Origin: a virus
Lineage: Duplodnaviria > Caudoviricetes
Virus record (IMG/VR): IMGVR_UViG_3300032320_001881
Span: 38,994-102,993 of that record
DNA length: 64,000 nt
Direction: 5' to 3' (one strand)
In this document: piece by piece, positions 40,504 to 47,876 of the stretch
How the letters are laid out: each line of letters starts with the position of its first letter
Position numbering within the stretch: position 1 is the first letter of the stretch
Position numbers and translations under genes: made by a program
The notes under the pieces: generated by a model
Databases searched by the model: none
What the model saw: only the letters and a program-made list of their open reading frames with translations
Told to the model about the DNA's origin: nothing

Positions 40504-41130
40504 TTATATATTTTGGCAATTTACCTCGCATTTTTGATAAACAATAATATCTATTCCAGTATCCATATATGGAATACTCTTTGTTTTTTTAAATTTGCTT
40601 TCTACTTCTTCAAAAATATTAAAGTTGTCGTCCCTCCAAATTATATAATTGTTATTATCAACACTATCTGGAACAAATCTATGTAGCTCGTTTACTAAAA
40701 TAAAATAACCATTTGTTTTAACAACATTAAAAATATTTGAAATTTCTCTTTTAGGATTTTCGGTATGTTGTAAAACAAAAGTACTTATACATATATCTAT
40801 ACTATTAGGAGTTGTATATCTTATCAACGGTGTAAATTTCGCGGAATTATTAACATATGATTTGGCAAAGTTTAACATACTAACGCTGATGTCCACGCCT
40901 ATTACACTACAATTAAAGTTGTTAATAAGTTCACGACTTACTCGGCCCATACCACAACCAAAATCTAATATATTTGATTCTGATGTTATAATATTTTCAT
41001 CATTGATTATGTCAATTAAAAATTTTGTTTCTTGATGAAATTTATTAGGATTAGCTGGATCATCGGTTAAAACAACATTTTTTGCTTGCTCGATAGTTAC
41101 TACATCAAACGCTTCTTTAATATATCGCAT
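40504..41130 (-). CDS. Class I SAM-dependent methyltransferase
   Basis: ILDFGCGMGR, GVDIS, FVLQH. Confidence 0.85.
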   Translation of the reverse strand: MRYIKEAFDVVTIEQAKNVVLTDDPANPNKFHQETKFLIDIINDENIITSESNILDFGCGMGRVSRELINNFNCSVIGVDISVSMLNFAKSYVNNSAKFTPLIRYTTPNSIDICISTFVLQHTENPKREISNIFNVVKTNGYFILVNELHRFVPDSVDNNNYIIWRDDNFNIFEEVESKFKKTKSIPYMDTGIDIIVYQKCEVNCQNI

Positions 41131-41154
41131 TATTGTTCCTAAGTTTAATATTAT

Positions 41155-41228
41155 TGGCAGGGTTACTAGGACTCGAACCTAGAATGACGGAATCAAAATC
41201 CGTAGTGTTGCCATTACACCATAACCCA
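41155..41228 (-). tRNA. tRNA-Gln(TTG)
   Basis: Cloverleaf, loop TTTTGAT, CCA. Confidence 0.9.
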
Positions 41229-41239
41229 ATTAACCTTAA

Positions 41240-41776
41240 TTATGTAATATATAAATCCGGATCAAACCTTAGACTTAATAGTACTCTTGGGGCGTCGCTA
41301 TAATTTACTACAGTATGTGGAATATTGGCATATATCAATGTCGGTTTGTCTATCTTAATAGATTCTATTTCACGAGGACCATCGAGCCAAGTAAGGCCTA
41401 AATAATCTAATCCAGTGGGGGTGCTTATCACTTCCAATTCATATTTGCCATCGTACCATTTCATTTCTGAATTATCGCAATTTAAAATAGGAATATTTAA
41501 CCCCCACATTGGAATTTTCGATCGATCTAATTGATCACCATCAACATGAATTCCTCTATTAGAATTACCGTACATGAAAAAAAGCATAGCTCTTTGAATA
41601 CGATGTTTGCTATTAAGTTGAGTTTCTAAATCATCTAACACTATAGATTCCAAAAATGAAAACTCTTCTTTTGGCAAATGTAAGGCTTTCACTTTGCCAA
41701 CCATTGATACATAATGGTTATATTTTTCTGATATTTCTTGCCAGCGCGAAATTTGAATAGATTGGCTATACTTCAT
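41240..41776 (-). CDS. Putative 2OG-Fe(II)/cupin oxygenase
   Basis: IHVDG..NIPI..PHTVVN..SLRF. Confidence 0.55.
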   Translation of the reverse strand: MKYSQSIQISRWQEISEKYNHYVSMVGKVKALHLPKEEFSFLESIVLDDLETQLNSKHRIQRAMLFFMYGNSNRGIHVDGDQLDRSKIPMWGLNIPILNCDNSEMKWYDGKYELEVISTPTGLDYLGLTWLDGPREIESIKIDKPTLIYANIPHTVVNYSDAPRVLLSLRFDPDLYIT

Positions 41777-41808
41777 AAAACTTATTTATTTGTTAAAACT
41801 AGTCAAAA

Positions 41809-41958
41809 TTAGCTTGGGACTATGTGTGGAATATATGGAACATTTCTAGGACCATGGCGTTGTTCGAGAAGTTGTCTAGCTTCCTGTAAATCCTTAGCGT
41901 AGACTCGATCCTTTTTTTCACCGTCTGGTGTTCTTACAGTTGTTTCATACATTGGCAT
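41809..41958 (-). CDS. 49-aa hypothetical protein
   Basis: MPMYETTVRTPDG.. after AAGGAG RBS. Confidence 0.65.
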   Translation of the reverse strand: MPMYETTVRTPDGEKKDRVYAKDLQEARQLLEQRHGPRNVPYIPHIVPS

Positions 41959-41972
41959 ATATTTCTCCTTAA

Positions 41973-42047
41973 TGGTTGCGGGGGATGGACTCGAACCACC
42001 GACCTTCAGCTTATGAGACTGACTAGCTACCTCTGCTACACCCCGCG
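41973..42047 (-). tRNA. tRNA-Met(CAT), initiator-like acceptor stem
   Basis: CGCGGGG/CCCCGCA with C1:A72, loop CTCATAA. Confidence 0.85.
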
Positions 42048-42063
42048 TCAATATGTTTAATTA

Positions 42064-42163
42064 GTGATAGTTTTTCGGATGTCAGGAAAACTATCAAACC
42101 CCGTGCCGACAGCCCATCCCGGTTTCGTCGACAGCGGATGCGGAATATTAAACGGGTCCGCAA
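42064..42163 (-). ncRNA. Candidate structured ncRNA
   Basis: GC-rich non-coding island with three hairpins between tRNA-Gly and tRNA-Met. Confidence 0.5.
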
Positions 42164-42167
42164 TACT

Positions 42168-42241
42168 TGGAGCGGGTAGAGAGAATCGAACTCTCAACTA
42201 AACCTTGGCAAGGTCTCGGGTTACCATTACACCATACCCGC
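42168..42241 (-). tRNA. tRNA-Gly(GCC)
   Basis: Loop TTGCCAA, U73, CCA. Confidence 0.9.
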
Positions 42242-42267
42242 TTCGAAACTTTATTTATTTTCAGAAC

Positions 42268-42341
42268 TGGAGCGGGATAAGAGAATCGAACTCTTGACCG
42301 AAGATTGGAAATCTGCTGTTTTACCATTAAACTAATCCCGC
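42268..42341 (-). tRNA. tRNA-Gly(TCC)
   Basis: Loop TTTCCAA, U73, CCA. Confidence 0.9.
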
Positions 42342-42358
42342 TTTGAAATATTGACTTT

Positions 42359-42443
42359 TGGTAGGAATGGGCGGGGTCGAACCGCCATGGCTTGCGCCGG
42401 CAGATTTTAAGTCTGCTGAGTATACCTGTTTCTCCACATTCCC
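42359..42443 (-). tRNA. tRNA-Leu(TAA)
   Basis: Loop CTTAAAA, long variable arm, CCA. Confidence 0.9.
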
Positions 42444-42521
42444 GATACGACTATTATTATATAATATTATCTCATGCCAATCAAACTTTTTGATTAAAAA
42501 TATCTGGCACTAAATATAGTC

Positions 42522-43364
42522 ATGAAAATTGAACATATTTTTAACTCATGGGCTAGTATAACACATGTAGATTCTTTTGAAGAGTTTATGTCTATTGATA
42601 GCAAACTCTTAACAAATCTAGTCCTTAATAGAAATTTAATTATAATCAAAGGACTTGGTCCTAATTTATCTGATGAAGAATTTTATTCTTTAGGAGGAAA
42701 ATTTGGCAATGTGTGGGCTCGGGACGATTACAAAAAGTCTTTTATTTCTCAAGGCAATGATTCTACTATTGATCAAAATAATTTAAAACCTGTAAGTTAT
42801 TTTCAATCTGACAACAATATGTTTAAAAATGATTATATGGCATACCATGCCGACATGCCACATGTTAATGAACTTAGCTATCCTGGCAGAGCATTATATA
42901 TGGTTAAAAATACTCCTGATGGATCTGGTGATACAACCTGGTTAAATCTTGAATTAGCATGGGATCAACTTACTCAAGCTGAAAAAGATAGTTTTTCTGA
43001 ATATAAAGTTATATTTCAAGATATGTATGTTCCAAATACAAGATTAGAAATACTTCCGTTTCTTAAAATTAATCCCAAAACAAATAAACCTAGTCCTAAT
43101 TTAAACTGTTACGATCATCCTAATAACAATCAAAAGGCTTGGATTAATAGAATATTAAAAAATAATGTAGCTTTAAAAGCTCAAGAAATAGATCTGTTTA
43201 TGTTCAATACATATAAATTATTAGAAAGTAAACCCGACACACTTTATAAACATATATGGCAGTTAGGCGATATTATTGTTTATGACAATTGGTTTAACGT
43301 TCATAAACGGGAAGCTGTAAATGGCCCTAGGTTGCTCAAAAGATTAACTTTCAATTTTATATAA
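42522..43364 (+). CDS. TauD/TfdA-family 2OG-Fe(II) dioxygenase
   Basis: YHAD, GDTTW, HIWQLGDIIVYDN..HKR..RLLKR. Confidence 0.8.
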   Translation: MKIEHIFNSWASITHVDSFEEFMSIDSKLLTNLVLNRNLIIIKGLGPNLSDEEFYSLGGKFGNVWARDDYKKSFISQGNDSTIDQNNLKPVSYFQSDNNMFKNDYMAYHADMPHVNELSYPGRALYMVKNTPDGSGDTTWLNLELAWDQLTQAEKDSFSEYKVIFQDMYVPNTRLEILPFLKINPKTNKPSPNLNCYDHPNNNQKAWINRILKNNVALKAQEIDLFMFNTYKLLESKPDTLYKHIWQLGDIIVYDNWFNVHKREAVNGPRLLKRLTFNFI

Positions 43365-43366
43365 TT

Positions 43367-43912
43367 ATGCAACATCCATATAGTTATAAACTTATTGGCA
43401 ATCTATCTCAGTCGTTATTAGAAGAATTAAAAATAATAGCGCCCGAGCAAGAATATTTTAGTGTTCCTGATTTTCACGCCAATGTTATTAAAGTTAGTAG
43501 GAGTAGACGCCAGCTTGCCGAAAACTATCAGAATATAATTAACAAAGTTTACAAAGAGCTGGCAAAGTTTTTTGATCCAGGAGGTAATATAGAAACTAAT
43601 TTTGCTTGTATGTATCCTAATACTTATTTGGTCGAACATGCTGATTATAATGCTGTAAATTATGGATCAATGCAAGACAATATTATAAAAATACAAATTC
43701 CTATTATTACAAATGATAAAGTGGCTGCAATGTGGCGCAACACCGAAGATAATGATTTAAAATCTATAGTAGCTCAGTTAGTTGAAGGTGGCATTTATAT
43801 TTTTAATAATGTACAGATACACTCGGCTATAAATCTTAGTAATCAAAATCGATATTATCTTACTATAAGATTTAAAAAAGATGCTGTTCGTGACTATTTA
43901 ATTTTAGAATAA
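43367..43912 (+). CDS. Aspartyl/asparaginyl beta-hydroxylase-like oxygenase
   Basis: EHAD..QIPIITN..IHSAIN..R. Confidence 0.6.
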   Translation: MQHPYSYKLIGNLSQSLLEELKIIAPEQEYFSVPDFHANVIKVSRSRRQLAENYQNIINKVYKELAKFFDPGGNIETNFACMYPNTYLVEHADYNAVNYGSMQDNIIKIQIPIITNDKVAAMWRNTEDNDLKSIVAQLVEGGIYIFNNVQIHSAINLSNQNRYYLTIRFKKDAVRDYLILE

Positions 43913-43927
43913 CTGATATTTAAGTAC

Positions 43928-44398
43928 TTACTCGTTAGCTACTTTTAAATTTTTCATTCTATCTGCGGCATAAGTTGCCGCAAATGCGCGAGGTTTAACC
44001 AGTGGTTCGACATTACAGGTACCTCGGATATATCCTATTGCCTGAGATACTATATTAGAACTTGTGTGATGTTCGTCTGGATTAATGTCTAAGTGTACCT
44101 CTACTACTCGATTTTCTAATGCTTCTGAAAGTTTCAAATATAATTCGCTTACTTTAAATACTTCTGTCATTAACCTGGTATTGGGTTTGTCTACTCGATC
44201 ATAATCTCGTTCGCGAGTAACTTCTCCGAATAACTTACACCCGTTATTACCATTTATATGTATTACAATAGCTGCAGTATAGTCAGCATACCATACATTA
44301 TCTCTTTTAATTCGTTCAGAGTCTACGCCAATATAAATTTTAGTCTCTGGACCTTGCAGGTCAATAAATTCTTTGATTAGTGGTATGTTGAATTTCAT
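43928..44398 (-). CDS. RNase H-like YkuK (DUF458) family protein
   Basis: IYIGVDS, RLMTEV, EVHLDIN, KP.AFAA.YAADR. Confidence 0.75.
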   Translation of the reverse strand: MKFNIPLIKEFIDLQGPETKIYIGVDSERIKRDNVWYADYTAAIVIHINGNNGCKLFGEVTRERDYDRVDKPNTRLMTEVFKVSELYLKLSEALENRVVEVHLDINPDEHHTSSNIVSQAIGYIRGTCNVEPLVKPRAFAATYAADRMKNLKVANE

Positions 44399-44418
44399 TA
44401 ATATCTTTCAAAGTTGGT

Positions 44419-44492
44419 TGGCGAATCCCCAGGGAATCGAACCCCGATCTGCGGTTTTGGAGACCGATGTAATGCCATTATACCAGGGACTC
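44419..44492 (-). tRNA. tRNA-Trp(CCA)
   Basis: Loop CTCCAAA, CCA. Confidence 0.9.
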
Positions 44493-44511
44493 ATATTATC
44501 TGTTTTAATTA

Positions 44512-45117
44512 TTATATAGCAAACAACATATTCCTAACAGTATTAAAATCTAATGAGTGATTATTTAATCTTAGTGTAAGAATTTTTCTTACATTTGTAG
44601 ACTTTGAATTGTCCCACCGATGCCATATATCGGTATTAAATAAAATAAATTCGTTTGGTTTAACTATTAATGTTTTCGAAGGAGTTCTTATTCTTTTACT
44701 AAATTCTTTAGGTTTTCGAGCATATGGTAACGCATCTGGATCTAATGTATCGCAATCACTAAGTTCTTCGTCGGAGAACCAACTAGTCAAACAATTACTA
44801 TCTAATATTTGTATAGGAATATTGAAACTTACTTTAGTATCAATACCGTCTTTATGTATACCATTTTTTTGGCCTGGCGGAGTTTCAAAAATTGCTACTC
44901 TGTCTTGTTTAAAGTCAAATAGAAGCGCCATAGGTAACATACTTAGAACTTGTTGCGCCAATTCTTTGTTAAAATTATGATGAATATATGCTTTATATAT
45001 TCTAGTATCGATTTTTTTAAAATCTTGATTAGCAACAAACTCTATTATTTTATTTAATCCATCGAAGGTAAATCTAATATAATACGGACTACAATCTTCT
45101 ATAATAGTATATATCAT
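44512..45117 (-). CDS. Putative 2OG-Fe(II)/cupin oxygenase
   Basis: YTIIEDCSPYYIRFTFDGL, IHKD, FNTDIWH; paralog of 27042. Confidence 0.55.
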   Translation of the reverse strand: MIYTIIEDCSPYYIRFTFDGLNKIIEFVANQDFKKIDTRIYKAYIHHNFNKELAQQVLSMLPMALLFDFKQDRVAIFETPPGQKNGIHKDGIDTKVSFNIPIQILDSNCLTSWFSDEELSDCDTLDPDALPYARKPKEFSKRIRTPSKTLIVKPNEFILFNTDIWHRWDNSKSTNVRKILTLRLNNHSLDFNTVRNMLFAI

Positions 45118-45138
45118 AATACTATTTAGCAAATGGTT

Positions 45139-45214
45139 TGGCGCTCCCGACCGGATTCGAACCGGTGTACTCGCCGTGAAAGGGCGATGTCCTAGGCCTC
45201 TAGACGACGGGAGC
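45139..45214 (-). tRNA. tRNA-Glu(TTC)
   Basis: Loop CTTTCAC, CCA. Confidence 0.9.
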
Positions 45215-45217
45215 GAA

Positions 45218-45375
45218 GTGCCCGGCTACTCATTGTCATAGAGCCCCGGGCTAGAGTTATCACTGTTAGTTGTATCCGCTACAACCTGCGTGGAGATTTT
45301 TGTCTAATCTACCTAACCCTAACTGCTATGGCGAGTCAGCAACCCCTAGTATTGACCCCTAGGTCGGGCGACATT
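45218..45375 (-). ncRNA. Candidate structured ncRNA
   Basis: About 155-nt GC-rich multi-hairpin island between tRNA-Asp and tRNA-Glu. Confidence 0.5.
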
Positions 45376-45377
45376 CT

Positions 45378-45452
45378 TGGCGGTCTCAACCGGAATCGAA
45401 CCGGTCTCCCCTCAGTGACAGTGAGGAATACTTACCGATATACTATGAGACC
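45378..45452 (-). tRNA. tRNA-Asp(GTC)
   Basis: Loop CTGTCAC, CCA. Confidence 0.9.
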
Positions 45453-45458
45453 AAGTTT

Positions 45459-45535
45459 TGGAGTGGGTGACAGGAATCGAACCTGCATAAAACGGATTTG
45501 CAATCCGTAGCCTAACCGTTCAGCGGCACACCCAC
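45459..45535 (-). tRNA. tRNA-Cys(GCA)
   Basis: Loop TTGCAAA, U73, CCA. Confidence 0.9.
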
Positions 45536-45541
45536 ATAAAG

Positions 45542-45625
45542 TGGTGGAGAATACTGGGATCGAACCAGTCATGCCAAAGGCGGCGGATTTACAGTCCACT
45601 GCATCACCATTGATGCTTCTTCTCC
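45542..45625 (-). tRNA. tRNA-Tyr(GTA)
   Basis: Loop CTGTAAA, long variable arm, CCA. Confidence 0.9.
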
Positions 45626-45627
45626 GC

Positions 45628-45754
45628 ATAGTAAAACACACTCGGTAGAATATGCTTTACTATACACTAATTTTTCTTCCCACAAGAGGGATTTCATCCT
45701 AGTGCCCGCCCATTCGGTCCATGTTTTACGTGCAGACCAGGATCTCGTTTCCTA
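45628..45754 (-). ncRNA. Candidate structured ncRNA or tRNA-operon leader
   Basis: Hairpins, a three-way junction and a 16-bp hairpin directly after a sigma70-like promoter. Confidence 0.45.
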
Positions 45755-45760
45755 TAACAC

Positions 45761-45789
45761 ATTATACTACAATTTTACTACTTTGTCTA
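45761..45789 (-). promoter_or_regulatory. Sigma70-type promoter
   Basis: TAGACA-17-TATAAT. Confidence 0.6.
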
Positions 45790-45951
45790 GTCTTCGATTT
45801 GATGATAGACTGATTTTTTCAAAGATTCGTAATAGTGAACAGCTCGTTCCAATTTTTCGTCAATCAATTTACGCTTCTCTTCTTTGGATAAGACGTGCGA
45901 ATAAGCCTGTTTAACAATGCGATCATTTAATTTGGTATAATCAATTGCCAT
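45787..45951 (-). CDS. 54-aa protein downstream of the attenuator
   Basis: MAIDYTKLNDRIVKQAYSHVLSKEEKRKLIDEKLERAVHYYESLKKSVYHQIED; AAGGA RBS. Confidence 0.65.
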   Translation of the reverse strand: MAIDYTKLNDRIVKQAYSHVLSKEEKRKLIDEKLERAVHYYESLKKSVYHQIED

Positions 45952-45970
45952 TTTCTTTCCTTTATAAAGT

Positions 45971-46000
45971 AAAAAACCCTGGAGTGTTTAGTTCCAGGGT
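45971..46000 (-). terminator. Intrinsic terminator of a putative attenuator
   Basis: ACCCTGGA-9nt-TCCAGGGT followed by a U tract. Confidence 0.8.
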
Positions 46001-46030
46001 CTTGGTTAAAAATATATTATTAATACAATA

Positions 46031-46147
46031 TTAACTAAGACCCTTATGTGGTTCGCAAACATCATTATTCATTACACAATCCACTGCCCAATAGGATAGC
46101 CCGCCTAATGTTGGCTGTTGTAATAATGAATGAATAATAGTTTTCAT
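46031..46147 (-). CDS. 38-aa putative attenuator leader peptide
   Basis: MKTIIHSLLQQPTLGGLSYWAVDCVMNNDVCEPHKGLS; last codons are complementary to the terminator's 5' arm. Confidence 0.65.
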   Translation of the reverse strand: MKTIIHSLLQQPTLGGLSYWAVDCVMNNDVCEPHKGLS

Positions 46148-46157
46148 AATATTGTAT

Positions 46158-46186
46158 ATTGTATGGTATTTATGTTTGTTTGTCAA
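46158..46186 (-). promoter_or_regulatory. Sigma70-type promoter with TAAATA in the spacer
   Basis: TTGACA-AACAAACATAAATACCA-TACAAT. Confidence 0.75.
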
Positions 46187-46198
46187 CCTTTATTTTTA

Positions 46199-46453
46199 CT
46201 AATGGTTCCATTTTAGTAAAAATAATGTAGAATCGGTATCACGGGCAAAACTTACACCACATAAATGAGGTTGATTTAGTGTCCACATAGTCCAGGTCCA
46301 CTGAATGTAATGTCGGCCAATGTTAGATTCAAGCCAGGTTTCCATAATATCAACTGCGGCTATCCAATCTAGATTCCCATTGGTTTCTATGACGGGCCAT
46401 GGCGCTACAGCCCTATAAGGAAGCTCGGGATGTCGATCCCAAAGTGCTCGCAT
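46199..46453 (-). CDS. Small FxLxW-family protein
   Basis: ETWLESNIG..STLFLLKW. Confidence 0.6.
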   Translation of the reverse strand: MRALWDRHPELPYRAVAPWPVIETNGNLDWIAAVDIMETWLESNIGRHYIQWTWTMWTLNQPHLCGVSFARDTDSTLFLLKWNH

Positions 46454-46508
46454 GATACAACTATTTAAGAACTAAATCATATCATTATATTAATAGTAAA
46501 TGGTCAAC

Positions 46509-46534
46509 AAAAAAGCCCGCGAACGGGCTTTTTT
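46509..46534. terminator. Intrinsic terminator
   Basis: AAAAAAGCCCG-cgaa-CGGGCTTTTTT. Confidence 0.8.
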
Positions 46535-46550
46535 AGATTACTCTTAAAAA

Positions 46551-47288
46551 TTAATTAAAAGTTTTGGTCAATCCTACTACTACTGCGTTCTTATAGAGTT
46601 TTTGACCACTTACAGTATTAGCAGTTTCAAATGATCTGCTTGTTCCGGTATTGGTAAAATACTTAACACTTAAATCAAATGCTTTTGGCAAAGAATAAAC
46701 GAAACCAGCATTGATATCGTTGTAATCATATGCTGAACTGTTAGCCACATTTGTACGACCATAATGAGCTACAACAGCTAGATTTTTAACTACAGGAACT
46801 GGCAACTTGCCATCGACTTGTGTATAGTTGGTACCTTTGGCATTGGCAGTACCGAAGTAACCGTTGCCGAGTGTTTGGCTATACTTGGCACTAATGATGT
46901 CTTTGTAGCCTAAGCCGACAAAGCCTTCGTATGTGTCAAAGTTTGAACCAGTTCGTGCTGAAGTTGTCGCACGTGGATAGAAATAATTATAGGTACCGAT
47001 ATCAACTGAGATTCCTTTAAAAATTTCTTTCTTATAACCAGCATACAAATCAGACTCTACACCTGCGCCACTTGTGTATACTTGGCTTGAAACAGAACTG
47101 TTCCAGTTACCAATATAAAATCCACTCTTGTGTGCGTAGTCGATGCCGCCTTGTACAGCAGGAGCATTTTGGGATTGACTGATACCGCGGAAACGATAAT
47201 CAGAAGTCAAACCTAAATTGCCTGTTACTTGTGCTTGAGCTGTACTAATACCAGCAATCGCGAATAATGCTAATAATACTTTTTTCAT
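46551..47288 (-). CDS. TorF/Gcw_chp-family outer-membrane beta-barrel protein
   Basis: Signal peptide, SDYRFRGISQS..PAVQGGIDY..GFYIGNWNS, C-terminal aromatic residue. Confidence 0.85.
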   Translation of the reverse strand: MKKVLLALFAIAGISTAQAQVTGNLGLTSDYRFRGISQSQNAPAVQGGIDYAHKSGFYIGNWNSSVSSQVYTSGAGVESDLYAGYKKEIFKGISVDIGTYNYFYPRATTSARTGSNFDTYEGFVGLGYKDIISAKYSQTLGNGYFGTANAKGTNYTQVDGKLPVPVVKNLAVVAHYGRTNVANSSAYDYNDINAGFVYSLPKAFDLSVKYFTNTGTSRSFETANTVSGQKLYKNAVVVGLTKTFN

Positions 47289-47410
47289 GCTTTGTTTCCT
47301 TTATGTTATAATACTAAGACAGTATTTAGTGTTTCTACTGATGAGCCAGCAGAAAAATTGCTTGATTTCGATAAATTTTAAGTGTAATGTATATACATAA
47401 TGGAGTCAAC

Positions 47411-47435
47411 AAAAACGGCACAATAAAGTGCCGTT
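47411..47435 (-). terminator. Terminator after tmRNA
   Basis: AACGGCAC-tttatt-GTGCCGTT followed by T tract. Confidence 0.75.
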
Positions 47436-47841
47436 CTTGGGATTTTCTGTTACGAGGTATACCTACCCTAAGCAGTGATTAAACTGCTAAAGATTGGCCT
47501 TTGGCTGCTAAAGTGCGGAACTTGATGTTCTTAGCTGAAACAGTTACTTCGCCAGTAGATGCTTTTGCATTTACGAGATTTGCTTGATTTACAGTCATCG
47601 CCTACTGTGTTGCCGTCCTTATTAGCTCACCATGTCGAAACCGGTCGGGCCCATCAAAAATAACCTAATTAGCAATGACCAAAATGTCTTGCTCGGATGA
47701 ACCGCACAATTGACCTAGCGGTATCTATATACATCTGTCTAAGTTTTAGTTCTGTTTTATCCATATAAGTTCCTTTTGGTGGACCCGGGCGGAATTGAAC
47801 CGCCGTCCACAGCGCCTTCACTTGGAAGGAATTACAACAAT
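47436..47841 (-). ncRNA. ssrA: Circularly permuted (two-piece) tmRNA
   Basis: Acceptor piece ..GGCGGTTCAATTCCGCCCGGGTCCACCA ends at 47777; coding piece starts GGGCCCGACCGGTTTCGAC at 47652; G3.U70 pair; tag ORF 47568-47479. Confidence 0.85.
47669..47764 (-). CDS. 31-aa ORF inside the tmRNA intervening segment
   Basis: AAGGA RBS; MDKTELKLRQMYIDTARSIVRFIRARHFGHC. Confidence 0.55.
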   Translation of the reverse strand: MDKTELKLRQMYIDTARSIVRFIRARHFGHC

Positions 47842-47847
47842 ATCGTT

Positions 47848-47876
47848 ATTATACGACACAAGTATTTATGTGTCAA
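47848..47876 (-). promoter_or_regulatory. Sigma70 consensus promoter for tmRNA, TAAATA in the spacer
   Basis: TTGACA-CATAAATACTTGTGTCG-TATAAT. Confidence 0.85.

Noticed and set aside
41959-42051. 5' extension of ORF 41809-42051, and ORFs 45328-45510, 45432-45641, 45702-45914
   Set aside because: They run through tRNA genes or structured RNA; the real start at 41958 has an RBS
45628-45754. Hammerhead ribozyme
   Set aside because: GAAA elements are present but there is no CUGANGA core
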